Origin: an uncultured Candidatus Binatia bacterium
GTDB taxonomy: Bacteria; Desulfobacterota; Binatia; UBA9968; CAXXLF01
Assembly: GCA_965218425.1 (NCBI GenBank)
Contig: OZ244621.1
Span: 2,240,001-2,304,000, forward strand
Direction: 5' to 3'
DNA length: 64,000 nucleotides
The first letter of the stretch is position 1; every line of letters starts with the position of its first letter. The translations under genes and the position numbers were made by a program. The notes under the pieces were generated by a model, which did not search any database, had not been told where the DNA came from, and saw nothing but the letters and a program-made list of their open reading frames with translations. Positions 10,240-20,100 of this stretch are shown in pieces.

Positions 10240-10659
10240 CTATTGTATGATAGGTTTAATATATTCGGCTCTAAAAGACAGCGTCTTTAGGATATTTGTG
10301 CCATCTTTCAATACGAACTCAAACTCTCCAGGACCGGGGAGTTTGAGGTTCTCCAGCACAAGGTCTAAATCGCTTGTGAGGAGCTTAGAGGCTGGGTTCG
10401 AGGGTTCTTTGCCTGTGGCTTGTATCTCGACATTGCCCTGCAATCGGAGGAGCTGTTTACCTTCCGCACTTTTCAACTCGACCGCTACCGAGGATTTCTC
10501 AAACTTCTCGAACTCAAGGCGAGCAAATAGATGGAATCGAGGTACCGGCTTGGTAAAATCGGTAATCCCAAAGGTCGTGAAGATGCCTATGAGACTGTGT
10601 TTGTTATTAATCTCCCGGCGAACGTCGTCACATAAAACTGCCAGCGGGGCCTTAATCAT
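10240..10659 (-). CDS. DUF6941-like protein
   Basis: LCDDVRREINNKHSLIGIF and PGEFEF motifs; 3 nt after the hicB stop. Confidence 0.7.
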   Translation of the reverse strand: MIKAPLAVLCDDVRREINNKHSLIGIFTTFGITDFTKPVPRFHLFARLEFEKFEKSSVAVELKSAEGKQLLRLQGNVEIQATGKEPSNPASKLLTSDLDLVLENLKLPGPGEFEFVLKDGTNILKTLSFRAEYIKPIIQ

Positions 10660-10662
10660 GAT

Positions 10663-11013
10663 TTAGAACTTGAGTTCGAGGATATTGCCCTTCGAAGCAT
10701 CAACCTGTATAGAGGCACGTTTGCCTGCCCCGCCTCCAACGTCTTTCGGGGACGCGATAATGGGCTCTTCATTCCACCTGCTATGGTCGGTAATGACAAC
10801 GGAACCGAGTTGGCCCGCCGGCGGTATTTTACTTTCACCGACAGCTTCGATCCATGCGTCGAGCGCCTCATCCAGTTCTTGTATTGCCTCGGGAATGGTT
10901 AGCCCTAGACCGGAGAGTCCAGGAATCTCTATAAATGTCGCCACGTACTCCCGATCCTTTACGGACCACTTGACGTAACGCGCATACTGTGGTCGCTTTA
11001 TGGTTGCCATCAC
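10663..11013 (-). CDS. hicB: HicB-family antitoxin
   Basis: WS..DREYVATFIEIPGLSGLGLTIPEAIQEL..A...W. Confidence 0.8.
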   Translation of the reverse strand: MMATIKRPQYARYVKWSVKDREYVATFIEIPGLSGLGLTIPEAIQELDEALDAWIEAVGESKIPPAGQLGSVVITDHSRWNEEPIIASPKDVGGGAGKRASIQVDASKGNILELKF

Positions 11014-11022
11014 GATTCCTCC

Positions 11023-11298
11023 TTACAGCTTGGAGAGGATACCCATTGCTTCCGCCATACGCAACATCTGTTGTACCTGGTATGCCTTGGCTTTGCCATC
11101 CCGACCTTTTTGTAGATTCAGGGGTTGAGGGTACAGATCACGAATAAGTGTCCCCTTGGGATGCTGAAATACTATGTGGCTACCTTTGCCGCCTCGGCGT
11201 GTCCATTCCAACTGTTCCGCGAGCTTGCACGCATCTTCATATCGCATTCCCGCAGGGTTTGACCGAGCCAACTCCAGCAATTTTTGGTCGACTGCCAC
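11023..11298 (-). CDS. hicA: HicA-family toxin
   Basis: GKGSHIVFQHP, LNLQ..DGKAKAYQVQQ; GTG start inferred. Confidence 0.8.
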   Translation of the reverse strand: MAVDQKLLELARSNPAGMRYEDACKLAEQLEWTRRGGKGSHIVFQHPKGTLIRDLYPQPLNLQKGRDGKAKAYQVQQMLRMAEAMGILSKL

Positions 11299-11691
11299 AA
11301 AGTCTAGACAAATTAGTATGGCTGTATAACATGCGTCAAGGGAAGACGCTGGGACTGGGGAAGAAGCCTTTCCGACACCACTGCTTACCCTTCCGTCATG
11401 CGGACCACGGTCAAACAACCGTTCACCGATTCGATCCGTGAGCGGTCTAAGAGGAGTATGGCCTCGTTGGGGATGGTGTATTTTCTACCCCCTCAATCTT
11501 CTTGTAGGCCTCTTTTTTCGATGGATCACACATGGAAACCCTCGTTTCCCTTTCCTCCATTGGCCCAATGAGGTCCCTGTGCCGTAGCCGCTTTCTGCCT
11601 ACGTCATGCCCATATGTTGCATCTGCTTTATAGTATCGGCCGGCCGGTCATTGTGCCGTCCTGAAAACTCCCCAACATACCGCCCGAACGG

Positions 11692-11934
11692 TCACTTCAA
11701 GACGGCGCGCCGCATGAACCTGACCGAGTACCCGTGCCCCGGGCCTTTCACGGCCTCCGCATCCATAGGCTCAATGTCCTCGAAGCGCCCGGGCTTGAGG
11801 CCGCCGTAGTCGTCGCGCCGGGTGAACAGCATCACCTTTTCGTACCCCTTCTCCAACGCGCCGTCCCGGCATTCCTCGTATCCAAGTATCGCGAACGCGG
11901 CCAAAAAACCGTTCATGGTCATTGGGGGTTCCAT
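11692..11934 (-). pseudogene. Fragment of a conserved hypothetical (DUF7689-like) gene
   Basis: FAILGYEEC.DGALEKGYEKV.LF and YG..V.FMRR motifs; N-terminus and middle appear missing. Confidence 0.45.
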
Positions 11935-11991
11935 AGTTGCCTTCCGGAACGGGGTCCTCGCCTGTTACGCATCAATAGCGGCAAACCATTG

Positions 11992-12055
11992 CAACTTGGA
12001 TCGAAATCGCGCCGCCGTATGATGAGATCATTTACTGAAATACGATAAAAAAAGG
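11992..12055. repeat. Repeat family B, copy 4 (abuts the slam terminator)
   Basis: cttggatcgaaatcgcgccgccgtatgatgagatcatttactgaaatacgataaaaaaagg; a further 16-bp piece caagcttcttggatcg at 12220-12235. Confidence 0.9.
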
Positions 12056-12082
12056 GGCCGGCCTCGATAGGAGCCGGCCCCC
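12047..12082 (-). terminator. Intrinsic terminator downstream of slam
   Basis: Minus strand ggggccggc-loop-gccggcccc followed by T7. Confidence 0.8.
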
Positions 12083-12247
12083 GGAGCACGATAGGATTTG
12101 AACATTTGCAGATATTTTACATCAAGCATCCAGCCCGGTCAAGAAAAAAGCGCGGGCTTATTTCATCATCCCCCCACTTTCTAATCGTCCGGGCATTGTA
12201 CCACAACCGGGCCGTCCATCAAGCTTCTTGGATCGCAGTGCCGTCCG

Positions 12248-13630
12248 CTAGAACTGGCGCACGAAGCGTAGTTCGAGGTTGGTGCGCTTGTAGTCGTAGA
12301 GTTGGGCGTTGGTGTCCCGCGCCTCGTTGGTCACCACCAGTTGCGGGCTGAAGCCGTAGGCGGTGAAGGCGCGGTTGTAGACCGAGGCGCGGAGAATGCG
12401 GGTCCTGTCCTCGCGCGACTCGCCGCCCGGCGTGAAAGGGGCCCAGCGGCCCTCGTAGTTCGTCCAGCGGAACTCGCCGCTGCCGCCCACGGTGAAGCCG
12501 AACGGCAGAGCCACCGTGGCGCCCAGCCGCCCCCAGCCGGTGATGTTCCGCCAGGTCATTCTCTCCGTGCGCTCTTTTGCATATCCGGCCGCCGCCTCGG
12601 CCCTGACGATGGGCGTTATCACCCATGCGCCGCTGAGCGACAGATCGAGCACCGAGCCGTCGAGGTAATTCTTTGTCCGGTAGTCGCGGCGGTGCCAGGA
12701 GGCCCGCCCTGTCAACGTTATCCGCCGGGTGAGCCGGCGCCTGGCTTCCAGGCGGGTGCCCAGGTCCAGGTAGTAGGGCTCGCCGCCGCGCCAGCGTTGG
12801 CGGACGTTCCCGAGCAGGCTGAGCTCGGTGTTGCGGTCCGCCAGCCAGCGCGGGCCGATATGTCCCGAAAGGAACGTCTGATCGAACCTTCCCCCCGAGT
12901 GCTCCTGCCGCGACACGTTGCCGCCCAGGCGTAGCCGGAGCCGCTCTCCCAGCGGGTGCTGGTACTCGCCCCCCCCCCACACGGAGAAGCCCACTCCCGA
13001 CTTCGCCAGGTCTTCCGCGTCGCGGATGAACTCGAACCCGCCTATGTTGATGGTGTCATCGTCCGAGACGGCGCCGATGTTGGTGCTCGGAGACACCGCT
13101 CCGCCGACGTGCACCGACCAGCGCTTGCGCGCCCGCATCGTTCTCAGGAAACGATTGACGTTGGCGACCACGGCCAGTGGCGGCTTCCCCGCCAGCACCC
13201 GCTCGAAGTGCCTGCGTGCCAGGCCGTCATCCCTCTTTAGGAAGAACACCCGCGCCAATTCGAGTCGCACCCGCACCAGGCCGGGCCGGCCGATCAATAT
13301 CGTGCGCAGCGCCCCGATGGCCTCGTCCAGGAGCGCCTTGCGGTCCTGGACGGCGATGCCCGGCCGCCGCGACGCCTGGGCCGCCGCCAGGCCCCGGAGG
13401 AAGAGGACGTCGGTCCGTTTCGGGTGGGCCTCGGCCAGGGGGCGGAGGACGTCCAGGGCCTCGTCGAACTTGCCGCTGTTTACCAGCTCCTTGGCCTCTT
13501 TCACGCCGGGGACGGCGGATGGCCGACCCGAAGCTTCTTCGGCGGCCTCGGCTGCCGCTATCGCAAATGGGGCGGACAGGAGAAACAGAGCCAGCGCCAG
13601 CGCATTGCAAAGGGGTTTGATCGTCGTCAT
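12248..13630 (-). CDS. Slam / type XI secretion translocon (TPR plus DUF560 beta-barrel)
   Basis: Signal peptide; TPR with RVRLELARVFF..A.RHFERVLA; barrel strands; C-terminal LYDYKR..LRFVRQF; adjacent to a TbpB-like lipoprotein. Confidence 0.92.
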   Translation of the reverse strand: MTTIKPLCNALALALFLLSAPFAIAAAEAAEEASGRPSAVPGVKEAKELVNSGKFDEALDVLRPLAEAHPKRTDVLFLRGLAAAQASRRPGIAVQDRKALLDEAIGALRTILIGRPGLVRVRLELARVFFLKRDDGLARRHFERVLAGKPPLAVVANVNRFLRTMRARKRWSVHVGGAVSPSTNIGAVSDDDTINIGGFEFIRDAEDLAKSGVGFSVWGGGEYQHPLGERLRLRLGGNVSRQEHSGGRFDQTFLSGHIGPRWLADRNTELSLLGNVRQRWRGGEPYYLDLGTRLEARRRLTRRITLTGRASWHRRDYRTKNYLDGSVLDLSLSGAWVITPIVRAEAAAGYAKERTERMTWRNITGWGRLGATVALPFGFTVGGSGEFRWTNYEGRWAPFTPGGESREDRTRILRASVYNRAFTAYGFSPQLVVTNEARDTNAQLYDYKRTNLELRFVRQF

Positions 13631-13683
13631 CGTCTATCTTATCTTCCTTATCTTCCGGCGTGGAACGTCAGCGGGAAAAGGTT

Positions 13684-13721
13684 AAAAAAAGAGAGCAGCC
13701 CGATGGGACCGCCCTCTTTTT
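13684..13721 (-). terminator. Intrinsic terminator between the lipoprotein gene and slam
   Basis: Minus strand gagggcggtccc-atc-gggctgctctc followed by a T run. Confidence 0.75.
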
Positions 13722-13760
13722 GAACGTTAGACCTCAAAGGTCATGATGCTCTCGGTCAGC

Positions 13761-16028
13761 TTATTGTTTCATCGCTCCGAACGCGCCCGCAACGTGCCCA
13801 TGGGAAGAATGGGCGTCGAACTCGCCGGCGACTGATCCTGGATGCTGATCATCACCTGTCGCGTCTGCGGCGGCATTGCCGAAGAATGCGCCGTTCCACG
13901 ACCCGGAGGTAACCGGGCTGCCGCCCACATTTCCCGCGCCCGACACCTCGCCGTCTTCGAAGGTAGTGGCTGTTAACTCGATCGTATTGAGCATTACCTT
14001 CCACGTACTGAGATCGTCGCCGTGCTCACCTTTGAAGCCATCAACCGTTCCGCTGATTCTATCATGCTGGCTGACAGCAATATCATCGCCGCCAAAGTTC
14101 GCCGTCAACTCGGCAGTCGCCGTGAACTCACCCTGGCGGATCGAGTCGAGGGAAGCGTTGGGGTTGAAAGTCTTCACCGCGTAGCGACCGGCCGCCGGGC
14201 CTTCATACGTCGCCGTGCCTTCTAGGGCAGTAACAGTACTACTGGTAAACGGCTCTGCGCCACCAAAGAATGTCTGGAAGGTTACGTCACCATCCTTGTC
14301 CACTATCGTCCAATATCCGAAACGCAGATAGTCCGTGTCCGGCACTGGAACGTTAGGCTCAGTCAGATCGTCTTTCCTAGTTGCTATCTGCTCATCGGTA
14401 TCACCAGCCTGAGACTCTCCATCTTCCCCAAGGTAGGCGGGGGTGAATGTCCATGCTCCCACTAAGGCAGCTGTGAACTCTCCTTTATCATCAGTTGTAG
14501 CCGTGCAAGTATCTCCTGTGCATGCATATTCGCCGTCCACACCGCCGAACGTGCCGTCGAACTTCCTCGGAGAAAAATCCTCGTCATCGGACTCGTAAGT
14601 GACCGTTGTAGTCGCCCCGCTAGTAGCAGCAATAAAATAATCTGCACTCACATGCTCGTTTAATTCATCAAAATTGCTTTCATTCAGTTCCAGCACGCCG
14701 TTAGTCACAGTGTCAATACCAGCATTGTCAGTGGGGTTATGGACATTACTAAACTTATCCATCGTGTCCTCGATGTTCGTATAGACGGTAGCGGTCTTCT
14801 TGCTGTCATCCTCATTCGCAACATCGGCTTTGTACCATCCACCGCCAACGTCGGAAGCGGAGCCTTTGGCTTCATCCATATCGGCTGTTGTATCGACCGT
14901 AACGGCGTCCCCCGTGCGTTTCGCCGTGGCAGTAATAGAGGTTATCGGGGCGGCCGCTCTCTCGCCTACACCCTTTATCGCCGCTGCATAGGGCATGGCG
15001 GACTCCGTTGTCGTGGCTTGAGCTAGTTCATCTCGCGCGGCACGGACCGCATCTCCGGCGGCATCGACGGCATTTTGCGCATAAGCCATTTGGGCGACAG
15101 TCCCGCCCGCAGCCGATGTCTGAAGGGCTACGGCTGCTGTTTGGGCCGCTTCGGCCTTTGCTACTAAATCTGTGGCATCATCCACGTTCGCATCTTCTTT
15201 TCCGTATGCGATTATGGCGGCGAGAGACGCCGTTTGGGCGGTATCGTAGCCGCTTTTGGCCACTGTATAGGCCACTGTGGCGTTGGCGGTGGCCAACATG
15301 CCTTCAAGTTCCTTTATTCTGGCGTTGGCGGTGCCCAAATCGGCGGTGGCGGTAGCCAACATGCCATTGAGTTCCATCACCCTGGCGTTGGCGGTGCCCA
15401 AATCGGCGGTGGCGGTAGCCAACATGCCATTGAGTTCCATCACCCTGGCGTTGGCGGTGCCCAAATCGGCGGTGGCGGTGGCCAACATGCCATCAAGCTC
15501 CATCACCCTGGCGTTGGCAGTGGCCAACATGCCATCGAGTTCCATCACCCTGGCGTTAGCGGTGCCCAAATCGGCGGTGGCGGTGGCCAACATGCCATCA
15601 AGCTCCATCACCCTGGCGTTGGCAGTGGCCAACATGCCATCAAGCTCCATCACCCTGGCGTTGGCGGTGCCCAAATCGGCGGTGGCGGTGGCCAACATGC
15701 CATCAAGCTCCATCACCCTGGCGTTGGCGGTGCCCAAATCGGCGGTGGCGGTGGCCAACATGCCATCAAGCTCCATCACCCTGGCGTTGGCGGTGCCCAA
15801 ATCGGCGGTGGCGGTGGCCAACATGCCATCAAGCTCCATCACCCTGGCGTTGGCAGTGGCTAAATTTTCATTGGCGGTGGCCAGCTCGCCCGTGAGCCTG
15901 GTCACCTCGGCCAGGGCCTCGTCGCGTTCCATTTTGGCCCCGTTGTTATTGCTGCTGCACCCGTACGCCACCATGGAGAATACGGCGACCATGCAGACCG
16001 CCATTAATTTATGAGCTGATGTAGACAT
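13761..16028 (-). CDS. TbpB-barrel surface lipoprotein with coiled-coil repeat stalk (probable Slam cargo)
   Basis: Lipobox AYGC; YLRFGYW; GTATYEGPAAG; LTANFG; GSWNGAFFG..PGSVAGEF; GAFGA C-terminus. Confidence 0.9.
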   Translation of the reverse strand: MSTSAHKLMAVCMVAVFSMVAYGCSSNNNGAKMERDEALAEVTRLTGELATANENLATANARVMELDGMLATATADLGTANARVMELDGMLATATADLGTANARVMELDGMLATATADLGTANARVMELDGMLATANARVMELDGMLATATADLGTANARVMELDGMLATANARVMELDGMLATATADLGTANARVMELNGMLATATADLGTANARVMELNGMLATATADLGTANARIKELEGMLATANATVAYTVAKSGYDTAQTASLAAIIAYGKEDANVDDATDLVAKAEAAQTAAVALQTSAAGGTVAQMAYAQNAVDAAGDAVRAARDELAQATTTESAMPYAAAIKGVGERAAAPITSITATAKRTGDAVTVDTTADMDEAKGSASDVGGGWYKADVANEDDSKKTATVYTNIEDTMDKFSNVHNPTDNAGIDTVTNGVLELNESNFDELNEHVSADYFIAATSGATTTVTYESDDEDFSPRKFDGTFGGVDGEYACTGDTCTATTDDKGEFTAALVGAWTFTPAYLGEDGESQAGDTDEQIATRKDDLTEPNVPVPDTDYLRFGYWTIVDKDGDVTFQTFFGGAEPFTSSTVTALEGTATYEGPAAGRYAVKTFNPNASLDSIRQGEFTATAELTANFGGDDIAVSQHDRISGTVDGFKGEHGDDLSTWKVMLNTIELTATTFEDGEVSGAGNVGGSPVTSGSWNGAFFGNAAADATGDDQHPGSVAGEFDAHSSHGHVAGAFGAMKQ
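15291..15857 (-). repeat. Intragenic tandem repeat: seven 63-nt and three 42-nt units
   Basis: TANARVMELDGMLA(TATADLG) units, nearly identical at DNA level. Confidence 0.97.
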
Positions 16029-16077
16029 ATATCTCTGATCTCCTTTTCTTTTTGAGTCTATATTATTTTAGCTCTTT

Positions 16078-16593
16078 TGGTTTCAGTCGTGGTAAAGGCA
16101 GGCAGCCTCCCCGTACGATTAACGCCGAATCTACAGCATTATCCCCGGGGTAGTCAAGCCTAAAATTAAAAAAAATTGTTTGCAATGAAAAATGCATCCG
16201 ACGGTCTATCTCTTGCGCTTCCTGAAACCTTGTTCTTTATGGGTCTATGTTTTGGCCGATGGTTTCAGTCGTGGTAAAGGCAGGCAGCCTCCCCGTGCGA
16301 TTAACATCGATATCTATAAGATTATCCCTACGATAGTCAAGCCTAAAATAAAAAAAAATTGTTTGCAATGAAAACTGCATTCGACGGTCTATCTCTTGCG
16401 CCCGCTGGAACCTGTTCTTTATGGGTCTATGTTTTGGCCGATGGCTTCAGTCGTGGTAAAGGCGGGCAGCCTCCCCGTACGATTAACGCCGAATCTACAG
16501 GATTATCCTTACGATAGTCAAGCCTAAAATAAAAAAAATTATTTGCAATGGGAAAGGCGTCCGACGGTCTATCTCTTGCGCTCCCTGAAACCT
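16078..16593 (-). repeat. ~182-bp unit repeated ~2.8 times, each with a sigma70-like promoter facing the lipoprotein gene
   Basis: Units start at 16078, 16260, 16442; minus strand T-tract, TTGACT, 18 nt, TAGAT(T/A). Confidence 0.9.
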
Positions 16594-16923
16594 TATAATA
16601 AGCCCCGCTGAAAAAGTCAAATTTTTTTTCCGATCGGAGGATCATGCGGTATTTCAAGCGGCCGGCGGTTTCGGATCGGGGGAAACGGGCGCGTCCGGGG
16701 AGTGCGGAATCTTTAAGGATGATTGGTTATATATAGGTAAGGATTTTTCAAGACGGCCGGTCCCCCCCTTGAAAACGACTAGTCGCGCAAGACCTGCCGC
16801 GCTTTCTACCTAATATATTGGCGGCTGAGGCGGCGGACGCTGGCCGACTTTATCTCCCTGGCGAGATCGGGATGGGCCGTCGATGATTTACTCAACTATT
16901 CAACTATAACGCGGGACGGATGG

Positions 16924-17013
16924 TCAAGCCATAGCCGGCGGGAGATGTCCTTTAGGTAAAAGGGCGGCGCTGATCAGAACGTTCGTGTCGAGAACGACAC
17001 GAACAGCTTTCAT
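16924..17013 (-). pseudogene. PIN toxin N-terminal stub
   Basis: MKAVRVVLDTNVLISAALLP then stop after 29 aa. Confidence 0.8.
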
Positions 17014-17166
17014 CGGCCGGAATCGCTTCGAGCTTGGCGTCCGTCAAGCTTTTCGCCGCCGCCTCCTTGCCCAAGGCGTCCATAGCCGCCGTCAGGCGCT
17101 CCCATGCGGCGCCGCGAAGCCTTTCATATTGTCGTATCGACATTATCACGCCGACCGCCCTGCCTT
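17005..17166 (-). pseudogene. Phd/YefM-type antitoxin, 5'-truncated
   Basis: GRAVGVIMSIRQYERLR...LTDAKLEAIPADES; abuts the stop of the upstream lipoprotein gene; its own stop appears lost. Confidence 0.7.
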
Positions 17167-20100
17167 TCAATTGCGTACAGCGCCGAAGACGCCCAGGAGG
17201 TTATCGCGATCGAACTTGCCGGCCGCACCCTGATGCTCGGTTCCGTAGAAGGCGCCTTCGATGGTAGCTTGTCCCACCTGCGGGTCCCGGAATGCGCCGT
17301 TCCGGATTCGTAACGCCCGCCATGACATATCGTTATGTCCCGCTTCAAAACCCGTGAAGTCGACGTCGACCGTAGCGTCATCGAAACTGACCTCAAGCCG
17401 CGCATTTCCACTCACCGGCGCATAACCTCCCGAAACCGTTTCAAAAGCACGCACTTTCCCGGACCAAACGGCTGTTCCGGATACCGGATTATGTCCCGAA
17501 GGAGTGCCATGAATGCTTCCATATGGTGTGTAATAAGTAGTTGTATTACCTGCTGTTGTGACATTCTGTTCAAGGAAAGCGCCAAATATATCGTCTCCGA
17601 ATTGTTTTCCCCAAATTCCCCACTGTTCATGTTCGTAAAACTCATACGTTCCGGAGTCATTAGTATAAGTTCCAGCAACTCTTGCAGTTCCGGTTTCCTC
17701 CAGCGTCACGGTGTCCGGCATGCGCCATGCGCCGAAGCTGCCGGTGACACTCGTTGCGTTATGATGGAACGCGCCTGCGGCTTCCTCGTGGGAGGGTCCG
17801 AAGAAGGCGCCGTCCATGCCACCGCCCCTGAATGTTCCGTCGGCTTGCAGCCCGATATCCTCGAAATCGAAGTCGTCCAACTCGCGTTTACCGCCCCTGC
17901 TCGCAACCTCCGAAAACGCCACGCCCACGCGATTGTCGGATAAGGAGAATTTTACAGTCGCGAGCCCTTGCACGAACGGATTTTCGCCCGCAGCTTGCCC
18001 GCTTTGATATCCCAGCATCGGGCCGGACCATCTTGCCAGGCCATCGGGAGGACCTCCCGACAAGGCTCCCTGGAAGCCGGCCCATCCATTATAGAAACCC
18101 GGGGGTGTGCCAATCGTGTCCATCCACTCATCCGTGTACTTCTCAAAACCGGTCCCGAACGCAACGTGCTCCAGCGTCCCCGTGTAGCTGTCAACTACAT
18201 GGCGTCCCTGAGCGCCGTCCGTAAATGCAGCCGACTGCCGCGCGATCCGAACGAAGTCATAGTCCGCGTCCAGCCTCTCTTTGCTTCGCCAGTCCCATCC
18301 GGCAGTCGAGGCAAGCACACGCTCACGGGTCGTCGTCGTCCAGTCGCTCCACCCGCCCGATGCATCATCACGCGTCTCGCAAGCAGACCCCGTTCCGCAC
18401 CGGTACTCGTACCATCCGTCGTCGGCCGGATCTGACGCGCCACGCTGGTAGGATGTTCCGGCCATATAGTCGGCGGAGGTGATCACGTCCTCGCGGCTTG
18501 GCCGGTCGTCGTGCGTGGTCCCGAAGCTTGCCAGAAGACCGGCTTGCGGGTCATGGAGCGTTCCGGCGACATCCTCATGCCGAGGTCCGTAGAAGTCCGC
18601 CAAAAGGGTCGAACTCGCCCCCGTTCCGACGATTGCGTTGTCCAACAGATCGAACGGGTAGTGCAGACTTCCGCCGGCGAAGATCTCGGGGATACCGTCT
18701 GAGTAGACTGCGAGCGACGTGAAGCTCGCCGTACCGTCCAGGGTGCCGAGGTCCACCGCCAGGTTGGCGTCTCCGGTCACCGGCGGCAGCCACGCGCGGT
18801 CGAGTGCAGCGCCGATGAGTCCGCCGGCATAGCGGACCGTGCCATGTAGACCGGCCGCCGGATAGGACAGACGGAGGTCTCCGGCACTGCGATACCCGAA
18901 CACGTCGACCCCTGCCCGCAGCAAGTCGGTGACGTCGAGCTTATGCCAGGGATTGGCCGCGCGGTCGTAGTGCGGTTGCGGGTCCGCCAGCTTCACTTGC
19001 AGGTCGCGGGATACGGAGACCGTGAACCCTGCGTAATCGGTCCAGCCCGCAAGCCCGTAGGTTTCAGGTCGGTCGCTCTCTTCCCTGATAGTTAGACCAA
19101 GATCCGCGAGGAATGCGAAGTCGATGGCATGCGGCAGGAAGCTGGGCAATGCGGCATTGGAAGCACAATAGGCCATGACCGAGGCGCAGACGCCGCTATG
19201 GACGAAATCGTACTGTGAAGCCAGTGGATCGCGCTCGCCCTCCGTCCAGACACGTGGATTAGCACTGTCCTGGAAAGGCGCGGGGCCGCCATGGACGGCA
19301 ACCACGTTCGGACCGGTCCAGGCGCCTGTCGCCGCATCGCTATAGTCAGCATAGAGCACTGTTATGGCGTCACCCCACCATGCGCCCAGCACATGACCCA
19401 TCTCATGCGTCAGCGTTCGAAATAACTGGGCCTCACCGGCCTCCTGAAGATGACCCGTGTCGATCACAATCGAGCCGAAACGGGGCTGCCATGAATCGCC
19501 GGAAGCCTGAACACCGCTTCCCCCCCGGCCGGCAAAGCCATCGGTAAAAGGCTCATATCTGACATCTATCTCGAGTCCGGTGCTGATCTCGCCTTCCGAC
19601 CCGACTCGAACCTCGGTCCTGGGGGCGGAAGGATCTCCTCTAGAGAGCCAACCCTTTAAATCGCCGGCGGGCCGCTCCCATGTAGTCCAGGTATCTGCAA
19701 TCCTGTGGCTCCATGCCTTGCCTACCCGTTCGAGCATGGCGCGGAACGCCGGGTCATCTTGCATCAATGTTCCGGCCCCTGAGAGGTTGAAGTCTATCGA
19801 TAGGGTGTCGGCCGGGCCACCCGTCCAGCGCCCGTAGGTGACGCTACGGTGGGAGCCAAGGATCCGAACTTCGTCGTCGTCGTGAAGATCCGGGGCCACC
19901 AACCCCTCGCCCTGCGTCTGCGCCGCTGCGCGAAGCGCCTTCAGATCGGCCCCATCAGCCCCTGGCGCTGGGTTCAAAAATCCTTCAGTGTTCCTCCGAA
20001 TGTGCCGGTGTCCCCAATGGTCGAGCAGGTCGGCGGCCTCCGGGTTGTTGCGCGGACGCTCGGCCAGACTGAGACCCCCGGCTTTAGTCCCCGTCACGAC

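Noticed and set aside
15234..16014. Repetitive + strand ORFs (Gly/His-rich and hydrophobic)
   Set aside because: Reverse-frame readings of the coiled-coil repeat.
16078..16593. Possible CRISPR array
   Set aside because: The whole 182-bp unit repeats; no unique spacers and no cas genes.
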